Shown here: positions 35,490 through 46,951 of the stretch, piece after piece | How the letters are laid out: the number at the start of each line of letters is the position of its first letter | Position numbering within the stretch: position 1 is the stretch's first letter | Assembly: GCA_965603825.1 (NCBI GenBank) | Contig: CBFDEM010000036.1 | Span: forward strand, 930,001 to 994,000 | From: Blepharisma stoltei ATCC 30299 | Taxonomy: Eukaryota > Protista > Ciliophora | Direction of reading: 5' to 3' | DNA: 64,000 bases | The notes under the pieces: generated by a model | Seen by the model: only the letters and a program-made list of their open reading frames with translations | Told to the model about the DNA's origin: nothing | The model's database searches: none | Program-made: the position numbers and the translations under genes

Positions 35490-38150
35490 ATGCTAAAAAT
35501 CCTCAATTTATTATTAGCTATAGCATTTTGTACTTTAAAGCTTTTATCTCCCCCAGAACTAGTTAAGCTTTATCCTAATGGAACTATTCCATCTATTACA
35601 ACAAATTTAGAAAAAATACCCAAAAGCATAATTAATGGGAATGCTGTGTTTTTACCAAGCTCAGGGTGTAATTATACCTATTATCCTTCGAAAATAAATA
35701 TAATTACAAATTCAAGCTGTGGAATTCCTTCGGCTGCAAATGTAACCGGCATTATTATTGTTCTGAATGTAAGCGATTCAGAACTAAATTCCGTTTCTAT
35801 ACCTTGAAAAGGTAATGGCTCTATATTTATTGTAGGGATTTCAAATAAATATATTGATAAATGGAAATATTATTCAAACCAGACCATTAATATTTCCTTC
35901 GAGCCAGATTTAATCTCTATAAAGCCAACTCTTACAATTGCACTTAGTGGAGATTATTGCACTGACAAAGATTTCATTGAAAAATTGTATAAATTTTTAA
36001 TTCCTTTAAAAGTAAGTGAGGTGAATATAGAGCTTCTTTTCAATTATTCTACTTGCCAAGCTTGTAAAGCTGAAGGCTGTGCCGAATATTACTGTCTAAG
36101 AGGTATATATGATGAAAATCAAGAAAAATTAATGATTGATAGAACTCTTTATGAGCAAGCCATGCTTGATTATGTTGTCAAAAATAATGCATATTTTGGA
36201 GATTTTGCTATGTTTTTACACTTTACTATAAGCTACTGCAAATACGACTACACAGACAGCTGCCATAAAAAAATTCTTGAATTGCTGAATATCAATACTA
36301 TTATTATAAAGTCGATTAAAGAAGAAATAAATGGAGACTCAATTATTGCAAGCCAAATACAAAGTTGGGCAAAAAGAAATATCAAAGATAACAATGCGAT
36401 TTATATTGATAATACAGAGGTGTTGGAAATAGACGGTATTAAAGATTATATTTGTAGACGCTTAGGGCCTTCGTCGGATATATGCAGTGGAAGGTGCAGC
36501 AGCCAATGCTATATGATGGAAATAGATGATCATGTTTGTGATTCTCGGTGCAAAACAGATTCCTGTGCGTATGATATCGAGGACTGTAAATTGGAAGAAA
36601 AGACAATTTTAAAATCAGAATCAGGCTCAAGCTCAAATTGAAATATAGCACGAATGCTAGGATCAGGCTCAAATTCAAACCATGGAAAAGACTCAGGCTC
36701 AAATTCAGACCATGGAAAAGACTCAGGCTCAAATTCAAACCATGGAAAAGACTCAGGCTCAAATTCAAACCCTGGAAAAGACTCAGGCTCAAATTCAAAC
36801 CCTGGAAAAGACTCAGGCTCAAATTCAAACCCTGGAAAAGACTCAGGCTCAAATTCAAACCCTGGGAAAGACTCAGGCTCAAATTCAAACCCAGGATCAG
36901 GCTCAAATCCAGGAAAAGACCCAGGCTCAAATTCAAACCCAGGATCAGGCTCAAACCCAGGCTCAAATTCAAACCCAGGACAAAACTCAGGATCAAACCC
37001 AAACCCAGGGCATGGTTCAAGTTCAAACTCAGGAAAAGACTCAAAATCAGACTCAAGTTCTGATTCAGGCAACACTACAACAATCCTTATAGCAATTCTA
37101 GTTCCAGTAGGAGTTTTTGCATGCACTTTGTCAATAATTTATTGCCGTCGATATTATAAAGAAAAAAATATTCACAAAAATACTCAAAATCAGACAGCAG
37201 AGTTAGCCTCAAGTGGATATCACCAGCCTGCACAGTCAATACAAGCACCAAGACCAGCCCAGCAAGAAAACGAGTATTCTGCCAATCATCGACAAGTTTC
37301 AAGGCAAAATCCACAAGTAAATCAGCAGCCTTCTCGTCGTAATTTGATTGTAAGACAAGAGGATAATCAGCCCAGCTCTCGGTCTCGTAACAATAGGAGC
37401 AGACATCAGCCTTCTGGAATTAATAATTATGAGCCAAGAATAGACCAGTCTGTTAGCCTGGAACAAAATTCAAGGCCAAATTCTCAGTGAATAGCCCCTG
37501 TAGCTCCAATACAAAACCCTCAAGAAATCCAACAGGCAATTGCTTTCCATAATCAGTATGTCTGAATGCCTCCAATACAGAATTTGCAAGAAATTCAGCA
37601 GGCTATTGATTTTTATAATCAGTATGCTGGGCTACCTCACATACAAAATTCTCTCGCAATTCAGCAGGCAATTATTTTCTATAATCAATATGCCGGATTA
37701 CCTCCTATACAAAATTTAAGAGAAATTCAGCAGGCTATCTATTTTTATAATCAATTTGCTGGATTCCCTCCATTGCCAAATCCTTATCAAATTCTAGAAG
37801 CTGTTGTCCTCTTTAACCAAAATGCAAATTTGCGACCATTACAAAGCCCTCAAGAAATTTGGCAGTTTTTACGTCAGCTTTATCAGTCAGCAATGCAGGA
37901 ACTTGAAAATTTGCAGCGTCAAGCTAATAACCCTTTTCAGCCATCAGCTCCTCAAGCTTCTGAAGCTAGTTCAAGAAGAAGCTCAGTGCATGAAGTGCAT
38001 AATTGCCCAATTTGTTTAGATGATATTGATCAGAGCGAGATTAAAATTACAGCATGCATGCATATTTTCCATGAAAATTGTTTGAGAGTATGGATAGAAA
38101 ATGGGGCTAGGAGGGCTATGTGCCCTATTTGCAGAGCATCTCTTTCATAG
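35490..38150 (+). CDS. Divergent PA/VSR-like-LNR-(Gly/Ser/Asn stalk)-TM-RING-H2 receptor, copy 5 (intact)
   Basis: Four ORFs in one frame joined by TGA; signal peptide, PPEL.KLYP, MIDRTLYE, LNR, TM ILIAILVPVGVFACTLSIIYC, RING CPICLDD...CMHIFHENC...W...CPICR. Confidence 0.88.
36660..37062 (+). repeat. 30-bp coding minisatellite (GKDSGSNSNP)n
   Basis: Unit GGAAAAGACTCAGGCTCAAATTCAAACCCT, about 7 near-perfect copies followed by degenerate 18/30-nt units. Confidence 0.95.
37503..37898 (+). repeat. 66-bp (22-aa) coding repeat, about 6 copies
   Basis: Units like PPIQNLQEIQQAIDFYNQYAGL upstream of the RING. Confidence 0.85.
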
Positions 38151-39078
38151 ATATTTTAATGCTAAATGCCTGCAAAAATTAATATTGATCTAATTTCTCA
38201 TAAATATTTGTATTTTATGCATGCAATTTAATTTGCGCTCTTTAAAAATTTATTTTTACAGAATTCTAAGAAACTAATATCAGAATGATAAGGTGAATAA
38301 GTAATTATCAAATATTGCCCAAAAGTCGCAAATAATAAGCTTTAGTGAATTTACTAAATGGAAGCATGCTTGGCCAACAAAGTTGGACGAGTCTTATCTC
38401 AATTGGATTTCACACCCTGAAGCTCATATCGAGCTATTAGTAAGGTTTTGCTATATAATTTATAATGCCAAAAGATTAAATTGGTTAATTGCAAGAAAAG
38501 AAGCTTATTCGTGGTGATTGAAAAAAATATATTTTATTAGATGCATAATAAAATGACAAATTTCATCCTGAAGCTTGCTAATTTGTATTAGAGTTTGATT
38601 CTCTTCTTTTATGAATTCAATGCAATTTTTTCATTTATACACGATTTTCTGAAATTCCTTGATATTCTTATCCTTGTGCCATAAAATAATTTGCATATAA
38701 CTTGCATTTAATTGTATAAATTAAATATGTGGAGAATCAATTCGTCCTTTAACTCTTAAGTATCTGGCGCAAGAGGATTCTAGTTAAATGAAATAAAGGT
38801 ATAATCATCCTCAGAGCTATTAAAAAATTCAATTTCTTATATAAATAATTAACTAAATACTATTATTAGTGTTTTTTGAAGCAGGCTATTAACGCAAAAG
38901 CATTTTTCTATTAAAATCATTTTTATCATACCAAAATTTCATGAAAGTAAAATTCAAGTATAATTCCTGAAATAATTTTTAAAAAAATAGTGAAAATGAT
39001 AAAAATAATGCTCAAATCTAATGGCATATTTAATATATAAATTTTACCTTATGATCTCAGCATTTCTTTTGCATTTCT

Positions 39079-40467
39079 TTATGCATTTCTATATTTAATT
39101 AGATACACTGGGACAATTTGGTCTGTAGAAAACAGCACAAGGATGCCTTCTGGAAGTTTCAGATAAGCATGCTGGTTTGGGTTATTTAAATCAGCTGGAT
39201 TTGCAGCTACAGTATTGTTCCCTAAATTGCCTTTAAAAGCTTTACAGCACAAAATAGTGTCTCCAACAACATAAGAAAACGAAAGTTGTGGATCTGTAGC
39301 TGTATAAACTCCATACCCAAAGGCTGTATTTGTCTTAACTGCTACCCCTGGAGTCACCCCACCAATGCCAAACCCGTTTTTTGCAATATTATCATAAGCA
39401 GCAGCACTAGAGCCATGCCATACATAAATATCGTCTTCTCTATCAGCCAATGTCTTTGAAATTTCTTCTTTTTTTGCTTTATACCTCATTTCTACAGCCT
39501 TATTAATGATCATCTTTGCAGACACCATTACTTTGTCACGCGCATTCTGCTCAAATACAAATTTTGCGTTTAAATATTCTCTTTCTAATTTATTTTTTGG
39601 TTTAGAAAAATCAGCTGGGACAGGTAAATCTACAACTTTCGCCTGATCTTCACTGGCTGCCAAGCACGAAATCCCAATATGCGACTCTTCTAAACAGTCA
39701 ATGCAATATTTTTTCCCGCATTCTGTACATTTAATCTCAGCACTAGCTGTCGGTGTTTTTATTCTCGCGTCACAGTTTGGGCACAAATTAAACAAAAATC
39801 CTTCAATTTTTAAATCCTCCCAAATTTTCTTCAATAAATCTTTCTTTTCGAAACAAGCTTGCTCTGCAATTCAACTTGCCATTATCCTCTTGCAGTTTTT
39901 ATTAGGACACTTTAACGAGAATTTCGCCGCTTCAATTGCATTTTGTATGCAAACTTCACAGAAAATATGATTATCAGCACAAACAGAATAAGCCTGACTG
40001 CTTATATTATTGCAAAAATTATTACACTGAGCGTGCGTAGCTCGACTTCATTTATCTGCATTTACTGCATCTTCCCCAACGTAACTAGCTACTTTTTTTT
40101 CTTCTAAGTCTGGGTGATAGAGAATCGAGCCTGGAATTCTATGCCCAGCGCATGCAGGGCATTCATAATATTTTCCCAACCCAGACATCCCAAATTGTCA
40201 AGTTATGAAATTGATTAAGCAATCATTGCAAATTTTATGAGAATTTGCGCAGTGGTAAGGAACATGGTAATTGTTAGGGTTTTCGAGAAAAAATGATGGC
40301 ATGCCTGGAAACATAAAAATGTGGGACGAGCACTGGAACTTTAAAGGGCTTATTTTTACTTGTATTCTGTTACTGATTATATAATCGATTAAAGCGGTTG
40401 CTCATTCCGTGTTTTTGCTGGCCACTGCTTGCTCTAGGGAGTCTGCTGCTTGTTGTCTATGATCCAT
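39079..40467 (-). CDS. RING-RING-IBR zinc-finger protein fused to a PARP-like ADP-ribosyltransferase domain
   Basis: With TGA=Trp from ATG 40467: CANSHKICNDC..CPAC; CADNHIFCEVC..CPNKNC; IBR CPNC..CTECGKKYCIDCLEESHIGISC; ART motifs WHGS, FGYGVYTA, SYV, QIVPVYLIKY. Confidence 0.8.
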
Positions 40468-40494
40468 TATTTATTTATTTATTAGTCTATAAAT

Positions 40495-41598
40495 CTAAAT
40501 TTCTATTAGTTTTGCTTCTTGTATGTGGGTTTGAGGCATAAGTCTTACTTTACAATTGATAAGGTGTGTAATTTGTGTAATCAACTGAGGTAAAACTGCT
40601 TTGTGGATTTGGAATTCTTTGATAATTTCCAATGCAATGCCTTCTGGTGTGTCTTTTTTTAAAAAATAATCAAAACTGATTATTTGAGAATTTTGTAAAT
40701 AATTCGCCAGGCTCATACTAATAGTAACAGATTCTGGCAAAATATTATCCTCGACAGTTACTGGCTCTCTATCAATTTTGGTCTCTGAGTTTAAGAATTC
40801 ACTTCTTAACAACTCTCCAGCCGTTGGACGTGAATCAGCAGGAAGTAAGCACTGCTTGATCAATTCTACAATTTGTGAGTCTTTTATTCGCAACAGTGCA
40901 TTTGGAGCTTTATGGTTTATTACTTTCTGAAAAAGCTCCATCGCATTTTGGCACTCCGAATAAGGGTTTTCTAATGTGCACATCTCGAGTAGGCACATTC
41001 CAAATGAATAAATATCCACCCCAGGGCCATACCTGTCATCATACATTTCAGGCGCCATAAAGCTCGGCGTCCCTTTAAAGCTTCTCTGAGACGTTGACAA
41101 GGCAGTAGACAGTCCTAAATCCCCTATTTTTACAATCCCCGTTGTAGAGTCCAGCAAAATATTTTCACATTTAATATCTCTATGGATAATAGGAGGATTT
41201 TGTGTATGCAAATAATTCAGCCCTTCTAAAATCCCTTTACACCAATTTTTAATAACACGACGTCTTAGTGAATGAATTTTTCTTATGTAAGATTTTAAAG
41301 AACCACCTGTGCATAGATCAGTAATAAAAATGCATTGGCCAGCTGCAACCCAAGCTCCTCGGCATTTTAAGACATTTGGGTGGTCTAACATCTTAATTAA
41401 CGTAATTTCTTCGGTAAGTCTTTTCCTCCTCTTTTCGCTGATTGTATACAAGTTTACAGCATTTCAGGCTACTTCGTTGCCACGCTCAAGATCATAAGCT
41501 TTATATACTTGTTTTTGTGCGCCACTGCCTAATTCTTCTTTATTTCTTATAAATCGACCTTTGGGTGACCTCTCCGCGACAGTGATGTCACAATCCAT
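40495..41598 (-). CDS. WNK: WNK-family protein kinase
   Basis: GSGAQKQVYKAYD...EVAW(TGA)N, PPIIHRDIKCENI, KIGDLGL, GTPSFMAPEMY. Confidence 0.9.
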
Positions 41599-41743
41599 TG
41601 GCAACGAAATAATTAAATATAAATCGTAATTAAAAATTTAATTAGAAATACTGAGAAAATAAGGATTTTTAGTGAAAAAATAGTAGGTTTCATAGGATTA
41701 TGCTCATTTAGGACATTTTGATTGCAGATGTATTTGAATAAAT

Positions 41744-44176
41744 ATGCAAGAAGGAAGTGTAAGACAGGACGCAGAGACATGACTTAGGTACCTTACCTCA
41801 AAAACTGACAAGCAGCTGCTAGATCTTTCAGCTCTAAACAGGCTAACTAATATAATTACCAAAAATCCAGAGTATAAAGAACTTTTTGCAGCATTACTAA
41901 TAGCCGCTCTTGAAACTGAACGTGAAAATCATGCAATTATGGTTTTGCACATAATTAATACCATTGTATATAACTTTCGCTTAATTTCCAAAGACACAGC
42001 CGACGCTGAATTTTTAGGAAAAATTTTAGATCTAGGCCTTGATGTCATGGAAAGGCATTTATCAAGAGACTGAAAAGAATGGGAAAACCAGCTCGGCAAG
42101 ACCCTTTTAGAATGAAAATTAAACTATAAAATAGAAAACAGACTTACCCCAAGCATTTGTAAACTTATGGAACGCAAAGAAAAAGAAGCAGTTAACCTTA
42201 AAGATGTCCATAATACTTTATTAGAAGTAAATGAAGGGTTTTCTGAGTATTTAAAGGTAAATACTACAGAAGCTGTGGCAACGCATATGCTGAGAGTGTG
42301 GGAATTTTCGTTTAGAAATGCTGAGCCGAATAAAGAACCATATAGGCACCAGATTTTGAATTATACGAATGCGGAGGGATGGCAAATACTTATAAATATA
42401 ACTAGGCAATATTTAGTGTCCATGCTGACATCAGAAAATAACAAAAATTTAGTCTTCAGAAACATAGGAAGTGACAAACTTGCCATTTTCCCTCAAGTTT
42501 TCGTAACAATGCACGCAGCTACCTTTATCGAAAGCATCGTCGGGGCTTGTGTCCGTGCCTTAGTAAATCTCTTAAAAACATCAGATACTAGAGCCATTAT
42601 AAAATCTCCTCAATACAAAACCTACATCGTCGAATTAATTTCATTTTTTAAATACACGCTCGAAAATATGCACTCTTTATCTCCTTATTTATCGAAATTC
42701 ATATGTGAAGTCTGCAATATTATTACAGAAATTAAAGGGACTGAGGATTACTGGAATGAATTAAATGGCCTTCTAATTTTAAAGCTATTAGCGCCTTATG
42801 TATCAAACCCGGTGATGGCTGGAATTGTAGAGTACGCTGATTTAAATGCAGTACAGCTACTTACATATACAGCAAAAATCATACAGCACTGCTGGGTCGG
42901 CAAACAAATAGAAAACGGCGATCTCAGTGAGCTAGTCTGGCTTAATGAAGAAATCCCTAAATGGAAAATCGAGCTCCAAAGGTCATTTGAAAGGATGTAT
43001 AGGTCCAGAAAAGGAGAACCCCGGACTATTGCGCTTCCAAAAACCCTTATTTTATATGACTTATCCCAAATTAAATCCAAGCTGAAAGACTTCGAATGGA
43101 CAAAAATCCATTCTCCCCCTAAAAATGTGTTTAAAAAGCCAGAAGTGGTGATTTCTCATACAGAAGGAGATGAAATTGAAGAAAATATAGAAATTGAAGA
43201 AGAAATCAATGTGGAGCCTGTAGGGTCGCCGACTTTTAAAGAGCCAAAGCTACAAGAGCTAAAACCTCCAGACCCTCTGGAAGACTCCACCCCTTCTATG
43301 CAGACAATTCCAGCCTTCCTTGGGTTTCAGGCTTCTCCTAACCCAAAAATTGTGCATACGGCACCACCTGACATTTTTAAAACAAAAAATGTGGAAATTA
43401 TTCGAGAAGAAACCAAGGAAACTGATAAAGTTATTATTGTAAGGGATCCAGAGCTGCAGCAAATAAAGGAAGAGCCAGAAATTGTGATGCAAAATCAGAA
43501 TCTTGCCCAACTGTGGAATATCAGTAAATATACACAAACTAACGAGTTTTCTGTACAAGGCGCTTTTGCACAGACTGAAATTAAACAAGTTTTGCAGAAA
43601 TCGGTACAAACAGAAGGCGAGTATTCACAAAATAAGCCAACTCAGACAGACCTGGATATGGACACCCTTAAAATGATGCAGAAGTTTGAGGTTTCCAAGC
43701 TTGCTTTAAATAAAGAGACATACATTGATCCAAATTTAATAGGAAGAACAGATGATGAGATGTATTTAAAAACACAAGTTGAAAAATTGCAAGCTTATCA
43801 AGCTGAAGAAAGCGAAAGACTGAGAAAAATTAATGATTTTTGGGCTAACCAATTCAAAGAAGTCAAAGACGAAAACATCAGACTCAAACAGAAAATTAAA
43901 GAGCTTGAAGAGATGCCCAGATACAAAACTGATGAAGAGCCTCCACAAGGTTTTGAAACTTATCGAACTTTTTCACATAGGGTGCTAAGAGAAGAGCTGG
44001 TTGAAAAATTTTTAGTGAGGGATGAAAACTTGCTAAAAAAATGCGACCCTTATTACTATTTAGGGATTGATGATGGAGCCAGAACGGTAAGGGACCATAG
44101 AAGTGTAGATTTTGACTCAGAAAGATATAAAAGAAGGGAAGAGGAAAGGTGGAAATCAATACAGACAGAACGTTAA
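41744..44176 (+). CDS. Large helical/coiled-coil protein (possible degenerate RasGAP-like segment)
   Basis: ORF 42167 extends to ATG 41744 through three TGA; LKLLAPYVSNP...LLTYTAKIIQH loosely resembles the RasGAP signature. Confidence 0.65.
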
Positions 44177-44250
44177 AGAATTTAAAGTAAAATGAAATTT
44201 AATCCTTTATAGAAAATTTTCTATTTATTAATCTTTTTAAGTATTTTTAG

Positions 44251-45138
44251 TTATTGATGGTAAAAATCCAAGCGGAAGCCGAGCTTATAGTCATGGAAAC
44301 GGTTCGCAGCGACTTCTTTGGTATCGATTTCAGACCCCACTGTAAATGTCATAGCTTTATTCAGCTGTCTTGACATTGCTAGCCCTAGCTTTCCATCAGT
44401 GTTTAATTTTCCTTTCAATAAAGTATTTTCATCATACTTATAATCCCCTCCGAACTCTATACTAGTTTCTCCTCCTGCCAGCTTGGTCGTCACTTTTGAG
44501 CCAAAATGAGCTAAAGGACTCAATTTCTGATAATAAGACAACTCAACATTTCCCAGGGCAAGCTCGTCTGCATTAGTCCCAACGTGTTTTAGAACCACTT
44601 TTGAGTGTTTTCTGAAGAACCACAAGGCGAAGTTATACCCAGACAGTTTCTGTGAAGTAAGGTCGAATTTTCCATCAAGACCGACTCCGTATTGAGGTTT
44701 TCCAATAGTCAAATTTCCTTTTAGCTGAAGCGGGTTTTCTACAAAGGTTAATTTTGCTTTGGCAGAAGGATGAGAATACTCAAGAGTTGCGCTTGGTTCT
44801 GCGTTTTGGACACCTTTTACTTGGGAAACCTTCCATTCTGCTTTAAGTTTGGTGTTTTCTATGATAGATTTAGGAGACATTTCGAAAATAAAGTGAGTTA
44901 AACCGTCAGTGCGGAGTTTTGACTTTAAGGATAAACTGTTGTTACGCATTTGGAGCCAACTGGATGCAAGGATAGGGACCAGGGTGTTAGGGTGTTTGGC
45001 AGCGGCTCTGGTGTGGAAAACGAAGTCGCTTTGGGAAAGGTTGATGTTTAGGAGTGCAAAGCTGCCGTAACAGTAGTGTTTTTTGAGTAAATCTTCTTGT
45101 TTCTTAGTCAATCCGCTGTAGTTCTCAAGCTTCACCAT
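44251..45138 (-). CDS. VDAC: Mitochondrial porin (VDAC/Tom40 superfamily)
   Basis: 295 aa, alternating beta pattern, DLLKKHY N-terminal helix, KGKLNTDGKLGL, YKLGFRLDF end. Confidence 0.8.
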   Translation of the reverse strand: MVKLENYSGLTKKQEDLLKKHYCYGSFALLNINLSQSDFVFHTRAAAKHPNTLVPILASSWLQMRNNSLSLKSKLRTDGLTHFIFEMSPKSIIENTKLKAEWKVSQVKGVQNAEPSATLEYSHPSAKAKLTFVENPLQLKGNLTIGKPQYGVGLDGKFDLTSQKLSGYNFALWFFRKHSKVVLKHVGTNADELALGNVELSYYQKLSPLAHFGSKVTTKLAGGETSIEFGGDYKYDENTLLKGKLNTDGKLGLAMSRQLNKAMTFTVGSEIDTKEVAANRFHDYKLGFRLDFYHQ

Positions 45139-45477
45139 TATTTTTTATTATTAAATTATGTGATAAGTTGTGAGAAGATGGGGATTTCTATTATATCAGA
45201 TCAGGTTAGAGCCCAATTAATGGATTTATATTAAAATATTTTTTTAAGCAGGGAAAGTGTTTTTAAATTATTTTTCAATGATTTATTAGTTATTTGGCTT
45301 AGTTTTGATAAATTTGATTAATTGGGATAGCTTTTTGGAAATTAAAAAAATAGCATAAAAGTTATAAGTAATAAAAAGCCTAATATATTCATAATTCATA
45401 AGAAAATAAAACTGCCTGCTGTTTTGCACTCACTGAAACTAGAATAGTAAAAATCCAAAATAATTAAAATTTCTTAA

Positions 45478-45839
45478 ATGGAGCTCCCAAGGGTTACAAA
45501 GAAGATGCAAAACATGATAAAACCACTGGTAAAATTTACATAGGGCTTGCTCTTTGGATTTTTACGAAATGGCGTAACTGTACAAATTTGGCTTTTTGAG
45601 AACACAGATCTTTGCATTGAAGGAAAAATAATTGGCTTCGACGAGTACATGAATTTATATCACTTTTCCATAATTATTTCCAAAAATTATTATCTCTCAC
45701 CCTTTTTTTACCAGTTTTAATCCGTTTCAATATAGTCTTAGACGATGCAGTTGAGGTTTTAGTGAAAAGAAACGCCAGAAGACCTATAGGAAGAATAATG
45801 CTTAAAGACGACAACTTAGCCCTCGTTAGAAATACGTAA
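45478..45839 (+). CDS. SNRPE: Small nuclear ribonucleoprotein E (SmE), interrupted by an IES-like insert
   Basis: Absent from the ORF track. VQIWLFENTDLCIEGKIIGFDEYMNL|VLDDAVEV...GRIMLKDDNLAL; 15-nt intron 45529-45543; 77-bp insert at 45656. Confidence 0.88.
45529..45543 (+). other. 15-nt intron in SmE
   Basis: GTAAAATTTACATAG, in-frame TAG. Confidence 0.88.
45656..45734. mobile_element. IES-like TA-bounded insertion (77 bp plus one TA)
   Basis: TA at 45656-57 and 45733-34, TATAT terminal inverted repeat, no GT donor; excision restores AAT TTA GTC TTA GAC GAT (NLVLDD). Confidence 0.8.
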
Positions 45840-45899
45840 GTTTTAATATAGCGGCCATTAATATCAAGTCTGCAATAATTTATATGTTAACAAGACCTA

Positions 45900-46790
45900 T
45901 TACGCTATACTTCTAAACTCTTTTACGCTTCTTACGTCATGCGTCTCCTCTGGCTTTATGTACTTTTCTGAAATTGGCTTAATTTCACACCCTAAAAGAA
46001 GCGAAAAATAAGCATTTTGGCTTTCCGTGAAACCTTGCCAGAATATTTGGGAGCAGGATTCGCTGTATTCAGGACTCATTTGGACGCCAAGTCGGCATTT
46101 TCTGGCTGAATCCATAAAGCTTCTGAGTCTTGGGAATGGAATTGTAGTAATTTCTATTTCTTCTAGTGGAGAAAACAGCTGGATTTTGGCTCTTGGGATC
46201 TTTATAGGATGTCCAGCAGTCCCAGTCTGATTTTTTTCGAAATCAAAATTCCTCACCTCAATGCCAGCTTTAGTGATTTTTATTGCAAAAAAATCATAGC
46301 TGCCAGGGAAAAGTCTCATCATTTTTTCGTCCCAAAAACTGATATTATGCCCTATCCAGCCTTGGTAGATCGTTATTTCTGGCCCACCCATTCTGCAGCA
46401 GTCATGGATTTTATCTGTCGTTGGGCATCCGTAGCTTGCGGAGACCCCTGTATTGTAATCAATTACAACATCTATAAATTCTTCTTGTCTCATGGCAAAC
46501 TGTAGGTTAATGATGCTAGTTTTATGGGAATCTGTGATCAGCATAAGATTTTTTGAATAAATCGCGAAAATACGGTTGGCGCCATTATAGTCATTGAAAA
46601 AGGATGACTCAAAAGTGCATATTAAAGCTGATGATTGGTCTTGGCTTTCTGCGAATAAGTCCAAGCGCTTTGGGCGGACGATAAATGTGATGATTTCAGA
46701 AAGGCTTGCCAAGTGTTTAATTCCTCGAAGTAGCATTGCAACTTTGTCAGGCTCGCTTACTTTCCATGTTGGATTTTCGCTTCTCCACAT
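45900..46790 (-). CDS. Rad9-like 9-1-1 checkpoint clamp subunit
   Basis: 296 aa; LLRGIKHLASLSEII...LDLFAESQDQSSALICTFESSFFNDY resembles the Rad9 N-terminus. Confidence 0.6.
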   Translation of the reverse strand: MWRSENPTWKVSEPDKVAMLLRGIKHLASLSEIITFIVRPKRLDLFAESQDQSSALICTFESSFFNDYNGANRIFAIYSKNLMLITDSHKTSIINLQFAMRQEEFIDVVIDYNTGVSASYGCPTTDKIHDCCRMGGPEITIYQGWIGHNISFWDEKMMRLFPGSYDFFAIKITKAGIEVRNFDFEKNQTGTAGHPIKIPRAKIQLFSPLEEIEITTIPFPRLRSFMDSARKCRLGVQMSPEYSESCSQIFWQGFTESQNAYFSLLLGCEIKPISEKYIKPEETHDVRSVKEFRSIA

Positions 46791-46951
46791 AATTATAAAC
46801 TATCATAAAAGATCGGAATATTTTAATATTTTAAGAAGCAAATTTTCTTATGGCACACCCAATGCCCAATGCTAATTTTATGGCAAATTAGCACAAAAAT
46901 ATTAATTTATCAAAATAATTAGCCTGAATATTTATAGGTTCTGAAGTTAAG

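Noticed and set aside
36660-37062. CRISPR-like periodicity
   Set aside because: No unique spacers, eukaryotic context, coding minisatellite.
36439-37126. Four extra ORFs overlapping in other frames (LNLSLSL, EFEPESF, RLKFKPW, QAQIQT repeats)
   Set aside because: Artefact of a stop-free 30-bp repeat; only the GKDSGSNSNP frame is continuous with the gene.
38340-38700. Long stop-free frame under UGA=Trp
   Set aside because: No convincing start, composition or recognisable homology.
40270-40282. Single CCCTAACA telomere-like unit on the minus strand
   Set aside because: One copy inside coding sequence; chance occurrence.
45656-45735. SmE insert as a conventional intron
   Set aside because: Ends in AG but has no GT/GC donor that preserves YMNLVLDD, and is far longer than the 15-16 nt introns here.
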